From positions 19,346,001-19,410,000 of the forward strand of contig NC_086097.1 of NCBI RefSeq assembly GCF_963921235.1: 64,000 bases of DNA, read 5' to 3'. The stretch is from Mobula hypostoma. Lineage: Eukaryota. Shown piece after piece: positions 1 through 11,797 of this stretch (position 1 is the first letter of the stretch; every line of letters begins with the position of its first letter). The position numbers and the translations under genes were made by a program. The notes under the pieces are model-generated. The model made no database searches, was not told the origin of the DNA, and worked only from the letters and a program-made list of their open reading frames with translations.

Positions 1-116
1 TACTGACGTTGAGTGCCAGGTTGTTGCTGCGGCACCACTCCACTAGTTGGCATATCTCACTCCTGTACGCCCTCTGGTCACCACCTGAGATTCTACCAAC
101 AGTGGTTGTATTGTCA
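1..116 (-). mobile_element. Rex1/Babar-like LINE reverse-transcriptase fragment, truncated by the window edge
   Basis: Minus strand reads SDNTTTVGRISGGDQRAYRSEICQLVEWCRSNNLALNVS, matching the region after the FADD motif in the other Rex1-like copies (e.g. ORF 35555..35902). Confidence 0.6.
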
Positions 117-725
117 GAAGAAGGGTATCAAAGATTACAGGAGAAGGGAAAAATGCAGTTGAGTGGGTTAATAAATCAGCCATGATCAAATGGTGGGGTA
201 GGCTCGATTAGACAAATGGTCTAATTCTGCTTCTATGGCTTGTGGTTTTATCACATCACATTTTGCCCACAATTCTATTGTTTTATTATCTTCTTCTAAC
301 ACCATCTCATCTATACCTGTTACTTCCAATCCCATCCATCCTGGGAACAGACAGCAATATGTGGCTCTTTTATCCCATCGGGTGAGCTTGCTCTGAGATG
401 GTTTGGCAAACTCAGCACTGGTCAACTACTTCACAGAGACACGAGAGAGGCTGCAGATTCTGGAACTTGGAACAACCAATCTGCTGGAGAAACTCAGTGA
501 GTCGAGAGACATCTGTGGGGGGGATAGGCATTATGACTGTAATTATTTCAGAGCCATTTGCTATGCTGGAAAGAAGTATCCCTCTCAAAACCTCTCCCTC
601 GCTGTCAAAAGGCAATCACAGTTTGCCTTGTCACCTTGACTTTTAATGCATGACATGGAGAAAATGAAACAGTTGAGTGTTCTCCTTGCACAGGCAACAT
701 CGAAAGGTGCAGCACGCACACCATA

Positions 726-1454
726 CAATCAGTGGCCACTTCATCAGGTATACCTGTATACCTGCCCGCTCATGCACATACCTATTCAGCCAATCATGTG
801 GCAGCAACTCAATGTATAAAAGCATGCAGACATGGTCAAGAGGTTCAGTTGTTGTTCAGACCAAACATCAGAATGGGGAAGAAATGTAATCTGCAAGACC
901 TTGACCTGGAATGATTGTTGGTGCCACACTGGGTGATTTGAGTACCTCAGAAACTGCTGATCTCCCAGGATTTTAGACCATAGGACCATAAGACAAAGGA
1001 GCAGAAGTCGGCCATTCGGCCCATCGGGTCTGCTCTGCCATTTTATCTTGAGCTGATCCACTCTCCCATTTAGTCCCACTTCCCCGCCTTCTCACCATAA
1101 CCTTTGATGCCCTGGCTACTCAGATACCTATCAATCTCTGCCTTAAATACACAATAGACTCTAGGGTTTACTGAGAATTGTGCGCAAAACAGAAAAACGT
1201 TGAGTGAGTGACAGATGGGTGGGTGAGAATGTCTTGTAAATGAGGGAGGTCAGAGTAGAATAGCCAGGTGGGTTCAAAAGTGACAGTAACACAAATAACC
1301 ACACATTACACACGTGCTATGCAGAAAGGCATCTCTGAATGACCGCACATTGAGCCTCGAAGTGGATGAGCTATAGCTGCAGAAATCCACAAACATACAC
1401 TCAGTAGCCACTTATTTAGGTACAGGAGGTACCTAATAAAATGACCATTGAGTG
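726..1454 (+). mobile_element. Decayed Tc1-like DNA transposon, interrupted by a CR1 3' fragment at about 975-1152
   Basis: Left end TA-CAATCAGTGGCCACTTCATCAGGTA and right end GTACCTAATAAAATGACCATTGAGTG are imperfect inverted termini. Carries a frameshifted Tc1 N-terminal HTH remnant (MGKKCNL...GMIVGA...SETADL). A related copy lies on the minus strand at 55725-56247. Confidence 0.7.
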
Positions 1455-2199
1455 TTGGTATGTATACATGTATCTATCTATCTACTTGTCTATCGATCTA
1501 TCAACCTATTGTGACAGGAGATACCTAAAAAAGTGGCCAACATACAGCTAGTAAGCCTGTATGTTGATTTCTATTAAAAGAGGTTAAGGTCCACCCAGGT
1601 TAACAACAGCCCACTTATGGACAGCCAGTATGTACAGAGAACATAGAACCCAGCACGGTACAGGCCCTTCTGCCCACAATGTTGTGCCAACCTTATAATC
1701 TACTCCAAGATCAATCTAGCCCTCCCCTCCTACATGGCCCTCCATTTTCTCCATCATCCATGTGCCTATCTAAGAGTTTCTTGAATCTCCCTAATGTAAC
1801 TGTCTCTGTCACCACTCCTGGAAAGGTGTTCCACGCACCTACCGCTCTCTGTGGAAAAATTACCTAACTTCTGACATCTCCTCTATACTTTCCTCCATTC
1901 ACCTAAAATGCTGCCGCCTTGTGGTAGCCTTTTCTGCCCTGAGGAAAAAGTCTCTGCCCATCCACCCAACCTCAGCCTCTTACCATCCTGTAGTGCAATC
2001 ACTCGATTTGGGTATCATGTTCTCCTAAGGAGTTATCTATTGGTGTGTTATTAGTCCTCACAATCCTGCCCCCTTCGCCACCTCTCCAGTTGTTGATTGT
2101 CATGGGACTTAATCCAGGATATTAGGGAGGATTCCCTTAATAGAGTTTTTAATGTGAGGAGCCGAGGCACAAGTGTATAGGGAAGCCATCTTGAGTATT

Positions 2200-2507
2200 T
2201 CTATCTAATCACCCCTCATCCTGCTTAACTCCAAAGGGAAAAACCCTTGTTTACTCAACCTATCCTCATAGGACACGCTCTCTAATCCAGGCAGCATCCT
2301 GGTAAATCACCTCTGCACCCTCTCTAAAGCTTCCACATCCTTCCTATAATGATGTGATCAGAACTGAACTCAATATTCCAAGTAAGGTCTAACCAGAGTC
2401 TTATCGAGGTGCAACATAACCTCACGGCTCTTGGACTCAGCTCCCTGATAAATAAAGGCCAGCACACCAACTGCCTTCTTAATAATCCTGTCAACTTGTG
2501 CAGCAAC
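2200..2507 (-). mobile_element. CR1-clade LINE ORF2 C-terminal fragment
   Basis: ORF 2370..2699 ends in AAQVDRIIKKAVGVLAFI...LVRPYLEY, the conserved CR1 ORF2 C-terminal region. Confidence 0.75.
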
Positions 2508-2944
2508 AGATGAATCAGTTTCAAAATCAGAATTTTTTTGAAATCTGTCATTTTGTGGCAGCAGTACAGTGCAAAACATTAAAAAAATAACAGTTACAGT
2601 AGATAGTAAATAAATAGTGCAATGGAGGAATAACGAGATAGTGTTGATGGACTTTACAGAAATCTGATAGTGGAAAGGAAGAAGCTGTTCCCATAACATT
2701 GAGGGTGGGTCTTTAGACTCCTGTACTACCTCCGCAATGGTAGTAATGAGAAGAGGGCATGTCCTAGATGCTGCTCGTCCTTAGTGATGGATGCCATCTT
2801 CTTGGGGCACTGCCTTTTGAAGATGTCCTCAGTGGAGCCAATCCATCTCACTCCTGCACACACGAAAAGATCTGCAGATGCTGGAACACACATAAAAGTT
2901 GCTGGTGAATGCAACAGGCCAGGCAGCATCTCTAGGAAGAGGTA

Positions 2945-2982
2945 CAGTCGACGTTTCAGGCCGAGACCCTTCGTCAGGACTA
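2945..2982 (-). ncRNA. Minimal type-I hammerhead ribozyme motif
   Basis: Minus strand reads UAGUC-CUGACGA-A-GGGU-CUCG-GCCU-GAAAC-GUC-GACUG. Confidence 0.65.
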
Positions 2983-3079
2983 ACTGAAAGAAGAGCTAGT
3001 AAGCCTGCTGCGTTCACCAGCAACTTTTGTGTGTGTTGCTTGAAATTCCAGCATCTGCCTTACTAGCTCTTCTTTCAGT

Positions 3080-3117
3080 TAGTCCTGACGAAGGGTCTCG
3101 GCCCGAAACGTCGACTG
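3080..3117 (+). ncRNA. Minimal type-I hammerhead ribozyme motif, best-preserved copy; predicted cleavage after C3112
   Basis: UAGUC (stem I), CUGACGA (3085-3091), A, GGGU/CUCG/GCCC (stem II), GAAA (3105-3108), C, GUC, GACUG (stem I'). Palindromic ACGU occupies stem III, as in dimer-acting minimal PLE hammerheads. Confidence 0.72.
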
Positions 3118-3219
3118 TACCTCTTCCTAGAGATGCTGCCTGGCCTGCTGTGTTCACCAGCAACTTTTGTGTGTGTTGCTTGAAATTCCAGCATCTGCCT
3201 TACTAGCTCTTCTTTCAGT

Positions 3220-3257
3220 TAGTCCTGACGAAGGGTCTCGGCCCGAAATGTCAACTG
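3220..3257 (+). ncRNA. Minimal hammerhead motif, second tandem copy with two CpG-type substitutions
   Basis: CUGACGA...GAAAU-GUC-AACUG; differs from the 3080 copy at C3249T and G3253A. Confidence 0.55.
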
Positions 3258-6200
3258 TACCTCTTCCTAGAGATGCTGCCTGGCCTACTGCGTTCACCAG
3301 CAAATTTGATGTGTCCATTTCACTCCTGTACATTTTGCTTTCTGAGATTTTGACAACAGCAGTGGTGTCATCAGCAAATTTATCGGTGGTGTTTGAGCTG
3401 TGACTACACGTGTAATAACTGTAAAGAGAACAGAGCCATAGGCGAGGCATGCATCCTTGAGGTGCTCCAGAATGGGTGGGGATAGATTTGCTGGGTGTTG
3501 CAGGACTGTAGGCATCTGCTGCCAGATGGGAATGGAACACTTCCCTGTGTCTCCTTTCCCCTCCACTTGTCACAACTATCACCTCCCCACTCCCTACTCC
3601 CACCCCACAAGCCACAATAAGTGGGGGCGGGGCCAAGCTGGACAGAGCTGGGATCAGACCCGCTCGCCCACTCACTCACTCATTCGGTCAGTGTAATTCT
3701 TCCCATGCCTGCTCGTTCTCCCATCACAGCTGCTTCTCTGATCCTCCACAACACAATGTGTTTGCTCATTTCCAACTCCGGGTTACAAACAGTTCTCAGG
3801 AACTGAGAACTGCCATAACCTGGGGCCTGCCTCCACTGAGACTTTTGCTCCAGTTATAGCAGGGGTTCCCGAACTGGAGCCCATGGACCCCTTACTTAAT
3901 GGCATAAAAAAGACTGCAAAGCCTGCTCTGAAATACTGTGTATGTCTCTCATCTCTATACATAAGGAAGGATAAACCTGCAGTGACAGGACAACAGTGAA
4001 GATTGATTCCTGGGCGGCCAATTAATTAGTAAATTGGAATATTAGTTTATTATTCTCATGTACCTAAGTGCAGTGAAAATCTTTGTCTTGCAAGGCACCT
4101 AGACAGATCATTTCATTACATTGGTGCATTGTGGTAGTACAATAACAAAATGCTGAATGAAGTGTTAATGGACCAAGTGCAGGGCAAGGAAACAATAAGG
4201 TGCAATGTCATAAACAGGTAGATTGTGAGGTCAAGAGTCTACCTCTTTGTACCGGGGGAACATTCAAAAGCCTCATAACAATAAAGGGCTAGAGAAGAAG
4301 GAATCTGATTGGACAGGAGAATGGACCTTGGGGGAAAGGGAAGGCAGCGTAGGCCTGGCGGTATGTGATAGGCAGGTGAGAGGACAGAATGGAGAATAGA
4401 AGAAGAGGGGAGGGGAAGGATTATTTTTTACTGGAAGGGGAAACCAATATTCATGCTATCAGGTTGGCGGCTACACAGATGGAATATATGGTGCTGCTCC
4501 TCCACCCTGAGGATGGCCTCACCTTGGCACAAGAGGAGACCATGGACCAACATGTCGGAACAGGAATGGGAATGGGAATGGGAATTAAGTGGCCATAATG
4601 TTGCTATTCTGAGATAGTGATTAAGGATGTGCAGGATGGTTCAAGGGTGAAGTGTTTGAAGGGAAGTAGCTCGTGGTGTGGGACTTCAGGATTCTGTACC
4701 TCCTGCCTGATTTTAGCTGGGAGAAGATGGCATCGCCCGGATGGTGGGGATTTTTTATGATGGATGCAGCCATTTTGAAGCAGTGCCTCATGAAGATATT
4801 TATAATGATGTTGGGGGGGGGGGAATAAGTCTGTAATGTATTGGGCTGCAGATTTCCATCATTTTCTGTCTTTATAATGAAGAGGGGGATTTTAATTCTA
4901 CCTCGCCAATAGGAAGAATGCACCCTACCCCATGTCATGTCCTAACTCAACTGATCTGACATAGCTCTCAAGAATAACATTTGCTATATTATTTATTATC
5001 TCTCTATGTTCTGTAAGATCTTATTTCTTTACAGTATATAAAAATCCTTTAGATTTTTCCTGACATCTCTGCCTTCTGGCATTGGGGAATAATATCACAG
5101 TCCCTCATTTTCACCAATTCAGGAGAAAGTGATACAATTGGAGAAAGTAAGCAGGGCACTAGCTGTAAAAAACTCAGAGAAAAGGAACAGAGTGCACATA
5201 TGAGGATCTTTACAAACTGTGTTGAGAATGGGAGATGACGGAAAAGGCAATGACAGGGTTTTGGTTCTGCAGAGAACTGAGAGGGTAACTATGCAAGAAT
5301 TGCTCGGAACATCGCCTAGGACCCTCAGCATATGGGACATGCCCTCTTTTCATTATTGTCATCAGGCAGGAGGTACAGGAGTCTGAAGACCCACACTTAG
5401 TGATTCAGGAACAGCTTTATCCCCTCTGTCCTCAGATATCTGAACGGCCCATGACCATTTTAGATAACTCATTCCAGAAAAGATTAAGGGTATAGAAAAT
5501 AAGATGTCACATGATTCAAAAGATGGCAATGGAGGAGAGAATTTTTAATTATAATGAGATGTTTAAAAAAGTAAGATAGCATTCCCATAATAGAATGGAT
5601 TGAGGGGAAATTTGCAGTCAGTATTCAGAGTGAAAGATAATTTTCCTTGATCAACTGTGAAAATAAATTTAGAATTCAGGTTAACTAAGGAGGCGGGAGA
5701 GGTTTTTTAAGAGTCTGCAGAATATTAGTGTTACTGTGCCTTGAAGCTGACTTTTACAAAGGAACCAGATGTATCGGAATATTTTTTAAAAGACGCAAAT
5801 TTCCTATAATATCGTTCACAAGTTCACATCCTTTTTAGAAAATTCAAAGCACTCTGCATCTTAAACAGGGCTCTTGGCAATACAGTCAATGTTATAGGAA
5901 AATGGGCAAACTGTATACAACAGACTCCCAGACATCAAAATAACCAGATAACTTGCTGCAGGGATATCAGTATCAGAACCAGAATCTGATTTATTATCAC
6001 TAACTTATATGATGTGAAATTTCAGCAGTACAGTGCAAAAACGAAAAAATTACTATAGCCTATAAAAAATACATTAATAGTGCAAAGAAATTAAATAGCA
6101 AGATAATGTTCATGAGGTCTTGGACCATTCAGATATCTGATGGTGTAAGGGAAGATGCTGATTGTGGATCATTGAGCGTGGGTTTTCACTTTCCTCAATG

Positions 6201-6714
6201 GTAGTAATACAAAGCAGGCATGTCGCAGATGGTGAGGGTCCTTCGTAATGGATGCTGCGTTCTCAAAGCACTGTCTCTTGGAAATATCCTTGATGGTGGA
6301 AGATTGTGCTCCTGATAGAGCTGGCCAAGTCTACAACACTTTGCAGCCCTTTGTGATGCAATGCATTGGAGCCTCCATACCAATCAGTCACAGTACATGA
6401 TTGAGGAATGAACACAGATCAATAAAAAAGAGGGAAACCCCTGCTCTCTGTTGAAATAGAGCCTTGAGATTTATCACTCCCATCTGGTAGATTATAGTGG
6501 CCTAGCTTAACATCTCATCTGTAAGATACAAAAAGAGCGGTAGAGAAATTCCAGGAGCCATAAGGATCTGGGTATCCTTTTCCTATCTTCCAAGTTTACT
6601 AAGGATCCTTTTCCTGGTTTTATGGAAATAGCTGCAATTTGTCTTTGTGTTTAAAGATTATAAAGAATAAAAATAAGCTTTATTTGTTACCTGTACATCA
6701 AAAAATCAAAACAC

Positions 6715-7856
6715 AGCTCTACACACTGTCCTTACTCATCTGGAGAAGAAGGATGCTTATGTGAGAATGCTGTTCTTAGACTACAGTTCAGCATTCAACA
6801 CAATAATTCCCTCCAGGCTTGACAAGAAGCTCAGAGACCTTGGTCTTCACCCTGCCTTGTGCAGCTGGATCCTGGACTTCCTGTCAGATCGCTGGCAGGT
6901 GGTAAGAGTGGGCTCCCTCACCTCCGCCCCTCTGACTCTCAACACAGGTGCCCCTCAGGGCTGTGTCCTAAGCCCCCTCCTTTATTCTCTGTATACCCAT
7001 TACTGTGTCACCACCCACAGCTCTAATCTAATTAAATTTACTGACAATTCTACATTTGATTATCTCAAATAATAACGAGGCAGCCTACAGAAAGAAGTCA
7101 TCACCCTGACACAGTGGTGTCAAGAAAACAACCTCTCCCTCAATGTCACAGAAATGAAGGAGCTGTTTGTAGTCTACAGGAGGAATGGAGACGGGCTAAC
7201 CCCTATTGACATCAATAGACCTGGGGTTGAGAGGGTGAACAGCTTTAGGTTCCTTGGCATACACATCACCGAGGATCTCACGTGATCGGTACATACAAGC
7301 TGTGTGGTGAAAAAAGCACAACAGCACCTCTTTCATCTCAGATGGTTGAAGAAGTTTGGCATGAGTCCCCAAATCCTAAGGACTATCTACAGGGCACAAT
7401 TGAGAGCATTCTGACTGGCTGCATCACTGCCTGGTATGGGAACAGTACTTCCCTCAGTCACAGGACTCTGAGAGAGTTATGTGGATAGCCCAGCGCCTCT
7501 TTAGGTGTGAACTTCCCACTATTCAGGCCATTTACAGAGACAGGTGCATAAAAAGGATCTGAAGGATCACTGGGGACCTGAGTCATCCAACCACAAACTG
7601 TTCCAGCTGCTGCCGTCTGGGAAACAGTCCTGCAGCTTAAAAGCCAGGACCAGCAGGCTCCGAGACAGCTTCTTCCACTGGGCCAGATTGATTAATTCAC
7701 GCTGATACAATCGTATTTCTATGCTATATTGACTGTGCTGTTGTGCATACTATTTATACAAATTACTATAGATTGCACATTGCACATTTAGATGGAGACG
7801 TAACGTAAAGATATTTACTTCTCATGTATGCGATGGATGTAAGAAATAAAGTCAAT
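6715..7856 (+). mobile_element. 5'-truncated Rex1/Babar-like LINE (RT remnant plus 3' UTR)
   Basis: ORF 6761..7072 contains [15 protein letters not shown]...[21 protein letters not shown] 7282..7488 contains GTIESILTGCITAWYGN; ends near AATAAAGTCAAT. Confidence 0.85.
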
Positions 7857-8139
7857 TTTACGTTCTACACACAGTGAAATGCATCATTTTACATCAACAA
7901 CCAACAAAGTCCAAGTATTGTGCTGGGGGCAGCCTGCAAGTTTCTTTATTCTTTTGACATCAACCTAGCATGCCCACAACTCACAACCATAACGGTACGT
8001 CTTTGGAATATGGGAGGAAACTGGAGCACCCAGAGGAAACCCACGTGGTCACAGGCAGAACTTCCAGATAGCGGCAGGAATCAAACCCGGATCGGTGACC
8101 GATGGCGCTGTGAAGCAATTGCACTAACTGCTATACTAT

Positions 8140-8476
8140 TATGATGCACAGCTGTGATTTCTTTATTGCATATGGCCTGGGAAGAGTTCAGAGATCTCTC
8201 AGTGGGCTGTGGAACTCTTGGGGGCATCAAGAGGCTGATCTGATACACTGTGCTGCATCTGACTTAATGCTGTGCAACAGGAGGAAGCCCATCGGAGAAG
8301 CAGGATGTCTGTCAGCATCAAAATCTCCAGAGTAGCTGGAGGTAGTGAAGTCCATTCTTGCTAAGAGCTCACAGAGGCATGGCTCGAATACCTCCTGTCT
8401 CTGTGCCTCCCAGTTGTCTGAGGTGGGCATGCCAGTGAGCTCCAGGGAGAAGAGAGGTCTAGATATTGTAGCCAGG
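8140..8476 (-). other. Candidate terminal exon / 3' UTR of an unidentified host transcript
   Basis: Non-repeat island. Minus strand has the pyrimidine tract TTTCTCTTCTCTTTAAATCCTTCCTGTCAAG ending at 8477 and AATAAA at 8167-8162. Phase 0 gives PGYNI*. The AAG acceptor is a less common type. Confidence 0.3.
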
Positions 8477-9159
8477 CTTGACAGGAAGGATTTAAAGAGA
8501 AGAGAAATGCACTGAAGCAGTAACAATAACTACAAGGATAAATACAAGAATATATGCAGCGATATACTATTCAGACACAGATGTACATACAAATGCATGC
8601 ACTCAAAAGCACATAGTACTTAAAACCACGTGCACAGAAAGGCGTGTGATACACACCATCAACCCGCAATGAAGCAGCATTATTGTGACATTTGTGTATT
8701 TTGCATGTGAAGACACATTGAAAGCAATGCCACAGGTAGAGAGGGTAGCGAAGAAGGTATCTGACACCTTGGTCTTTATCAGTCAGGGCATTTCAGTAAA
8801 GGAGCTGGGAAGGTAGACTGCAGTTAAATAAAACGCTGGTTTCCCTTGGAGTATTGTGTACATTTCTGGCAGTCCTGCTATAGGAAACATGTTATTAAAC
8901 AAGGAAGAGTGCAGAAAATATTTTCCAGGATATCGCCTGGACTTGGAGCAATTAAATGGGGAGGCTATGTGAACTAGAATTTTATTCCCGATATTGTAGG
9001 AGATTGAGGAATGACCTGAGATCATGAAGAGCATGATCGGGGTGAAAATACATAGTCTCCTCCTGTGGACGGGGTGCTAGAAACAAGAAGACATAGATTT
9101 AAGATCAGAAGTGTTAGGACTCCAGTATATTCCAGGGTTGGGCAGGAGGGGCAGGTATA

Positions 9160-10990
9160 GACAGGTGAAGGAACTATGGGTGACAAATGAGGTGGAAAAT
9201 CTAGTCAGGTGGAAGAAGGCAGCATACATGAGGTTTAGGAAGCAAGGATCAGATGGGTCTATTGAGGAATATAGGGTAGCAAGAAAGGAGCTTAAGAAAG
9301 GGCTGAGGAGAGCAAGAAGGGGGCATGAGAAGGCCTTGGCGAGTAGGGTAAAGGAAAACCCCAAGGCATTCTTCAATTATGTGAAGAACAAAAGGATGAC
9401 AGGAGTGAAGATAGGACTGATTAGAGATAAAGGTGGGAAGATGTGCCTGGAGGCTATGGAAGTGAGGTCCTCAATGAATACTTCTCTTCGGTATTCACCA
9501 ATGAGAAGGAACTTGATGACGGTGAGGACAATATGAGTGAGGTTGATGTTCTGGAGCATGTTGATATTAAGGAAGCGGATGTGTTGGAGTCATTAAAATA
9601 CATTAGGACGGATAAGTCCCCGGGGCCTGATGGAATATTCTCCAGGTTGCTCCACGAGGCGAGAGAAGAGATTGCTGAGCCTCTGGCTAGGATCTTTATG
9701 TCCTCGTTGTGCACAGGAATGGTACTGGAGGATCGGAGGAAGGTGAATGTTGTCCCCTTGTTCAAAAAAGGTAGTAGGGATAGTCCGGGTAATTATAGAC
9801 CAGTGAGCCTTACGTCTGTGGTGGGAAAGCTGTTGGAAAAGATTCTTAGAGATAGGATCTATGGGCATTTAGAGAATCATGGTCTGATCAGGGACAGTCA
9901 GCATGGCTTTGTGAAGGGCAGGTCGTGTCTAACAAGCCTGATAGAGTTCTTTGAGGAGATGATCAAGCATATAGATGAGGGTAGTGCAGTGGATGTGATC
10001 TACATAGATTTTAGTAAGGCATTTGACAAGGTTCCACACGGTAGGCTTATTCAGAAAGTCAGAAGGCATGGGATCCAGGGAAGTTTGGCCAGGTGGATTC
10101 AGAATTGGCTTGCCTGCAGAAGGCAGAGGGTGGTGGTGGAGAGAGTACATTCAGATTGGAGGATTGTGACTAGTGGTGTCCCACAAGGATCTGTTCTGGG
10201 ACCTCTACTTCTTGTGATTTTTATTAACGACCTGGATGTGGGGGTAGAAGGGTGGGTTGGCAAGTTTGCAGATGACACAAAGGTTGATGGTGTTGTGGAT
10301 AGTTTAGAGGATTGTCGAAGATTACAGAGAGACATTGATAGGATGCATAAGTGGGCTGAGAAGCGGCAGATGGAGTTCAACCTGGAGAAGTGTGAGGTGG
10401 CACACCTTGGAAGGACAAACTCCAAGGCAGAATACAAAGTAAATGGCAGGATACTTGGTAGTGTGGAGGAGCAGAAGAATCTGGGGGTACATGTCCACAG
10501 ATCCTGATGTGGAAGCATTGGAAAGGGTACAGAGGAGATTTACCAGGATGCTGCCTGGTTTAGAGAGTATGCATTATGATCAGAGATTAAGGGAGCTAGG
10601 GCTTTACTCTCTGGAGAGAAGGAGGATGAGAGGAGACATGATAGAGGTATACAAGATATTAAGAGGAATAGATAGAGTGGACAGCCAGCGCCTCTTCCCC
10701 AGGGCACCACTACTCAATACAAGAGGACATGGCTTTAAGGTAAGGGGTGGGAAGTTCAAGGGGGATATTAGAGGAAGGTTTTTTACTCAGAGAATAGTTG
10801 GTGTGTGGAATGCACTGCCTGAGTCAGTGGTGGAGGCAGATACACTAGTGATATTTAAGAGACTACTAGACAGGTATATGGAGGAAGTTAAGGTGGGGGG
10901 ATTATGTGGGAGGCAGGGTTTAAGGGTCGGCACAACATTGTGGGCCAAAGGGCCTGTTCTGTGCTGTACTATCCTATGTTCTATGTTCTG
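9160..10990 (+). mobile_element. CR1-clade LINE, 3' half of ORF2 (RT) with an internal deletion near 10504
   Basis: The 354-aa ORF 9443..10507 has KSPGPDG, NYRPVSLTSVVGKLLEKI, DFSKAFDKVPH, SGVPQGSVLGP and KFADDTK. The C-terminus is in ORF 10443..11039, followed by a (TTCTATG)n tail. Confidence 0.95.
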
Positions 10991-10993
10991 TAG

Positions 10994-11797
10994 CAGGGGT
11001 CCCCAACCATTTTTGCACCGCAGACCGGTTTCATATTGACAATATTCTTGCGGACCGGCCGACCACCCCCCCCCACTCCCCCCCCCCCGGTGTTCAAGTG
11101 GGGTTAAACTCACCTCAACATGTCTTTTACAGTTAGGGTTGCCAACTTTCTCACTCCCAAATAAGGGACAAAAGTAGCAGTCAAATCCCGGGACACTTGT
11201 GTTTACCCCAGGAAAGACTACCATGACCATGAAGCCTTGCACGGGCACCTGTGTGCGCATGCATGAGTGACGTACGCATGCGCGTACGTGCCAATATTTT
11301 CCCCCACAAATCAGATTTGCCTTAGTCTTCCCAACTATACTGCACATACATTATTTTTATTTTATATAGGCTGTGTATTGATCATATCATTCCTGCTTTT
11401 ACTATATGTTAGTGTTATTTTAGGTTTTATGTGTTATTTGGTATGATTTGGTAGGTTATTTTTTGGGTCTGGGAACGCTCAAAAATTTTTCTCAAATAAA
11501 ATAATGGTAATTGCTTCTTCGCTTTACGCCATTTCGGCACGAACGGTTTCATAGGAACGTTCTACCTTAGCGGGGGAAATATGGGACAATGGCGGTCCCG
11601 TATGGGACAAACCAGTTTAGCCCAATGTACGGATGTCCCGGCAAATACGGGACAGTTGACAACCTGATGTTCAACTTCAACAGTGCGTGACAGGGAATGA
11701 GGAAAGGTGCAGCTGACTCATATCGTTTCCTCATGGCCCAGTAGCACATGTTTTGTGGCCCGGTACCAGTCCGTGGCCCGATGGTTGGGGATCGCTG
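10994..11797. mobile_element. Composite hAT MITE with MER1/Charlie-like ends and a nested second hAT-like element
   Basis: Ends CAGGGGTCCCCAACC and GGTTGGGGATCGCTG; 8-bp TSD TTCTGTAG (10986-10993) / TTCTATAG (11798-11805). Inner element 11099-11667 is flanked by TGTTCAAG / TGTTCAAC. Confidence 0.8.

Larger units (their letters stand above)
2861..3313. mobile_element. PLE terminal-repeat array: one inverted unit plus about 2.2 tandem 140-bp units, with a 19-bp TSD
   Basis: 2861-3003 is the reverse complement of the unit repeated from 3004, 3144 and 3284 (period 140). The unit is homologous to the 3' end of the GIY-YIG PLE at 59241-59400. Flanks TCCATCTCACTCCTGCACA (2842-2860) and TCCATTTCACTCCTGTACA (3314-3332) differ at 2 positions. 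Confidence 0.85.

Noticed and set aside
403..639. ORF MANSALVNYF... as a coding exon
   Set aside because: Overlaps a degenerate minus-strand PLE-tail repeat at about 435-530, and there is no true ATG at the listed start.
9443..10507. 354-aa RT ORF as a retron, group II intron or host gene
   Set aside because: Motifs and 3' tail are those of a CR1 LINE; it is truncated and one of many copies.
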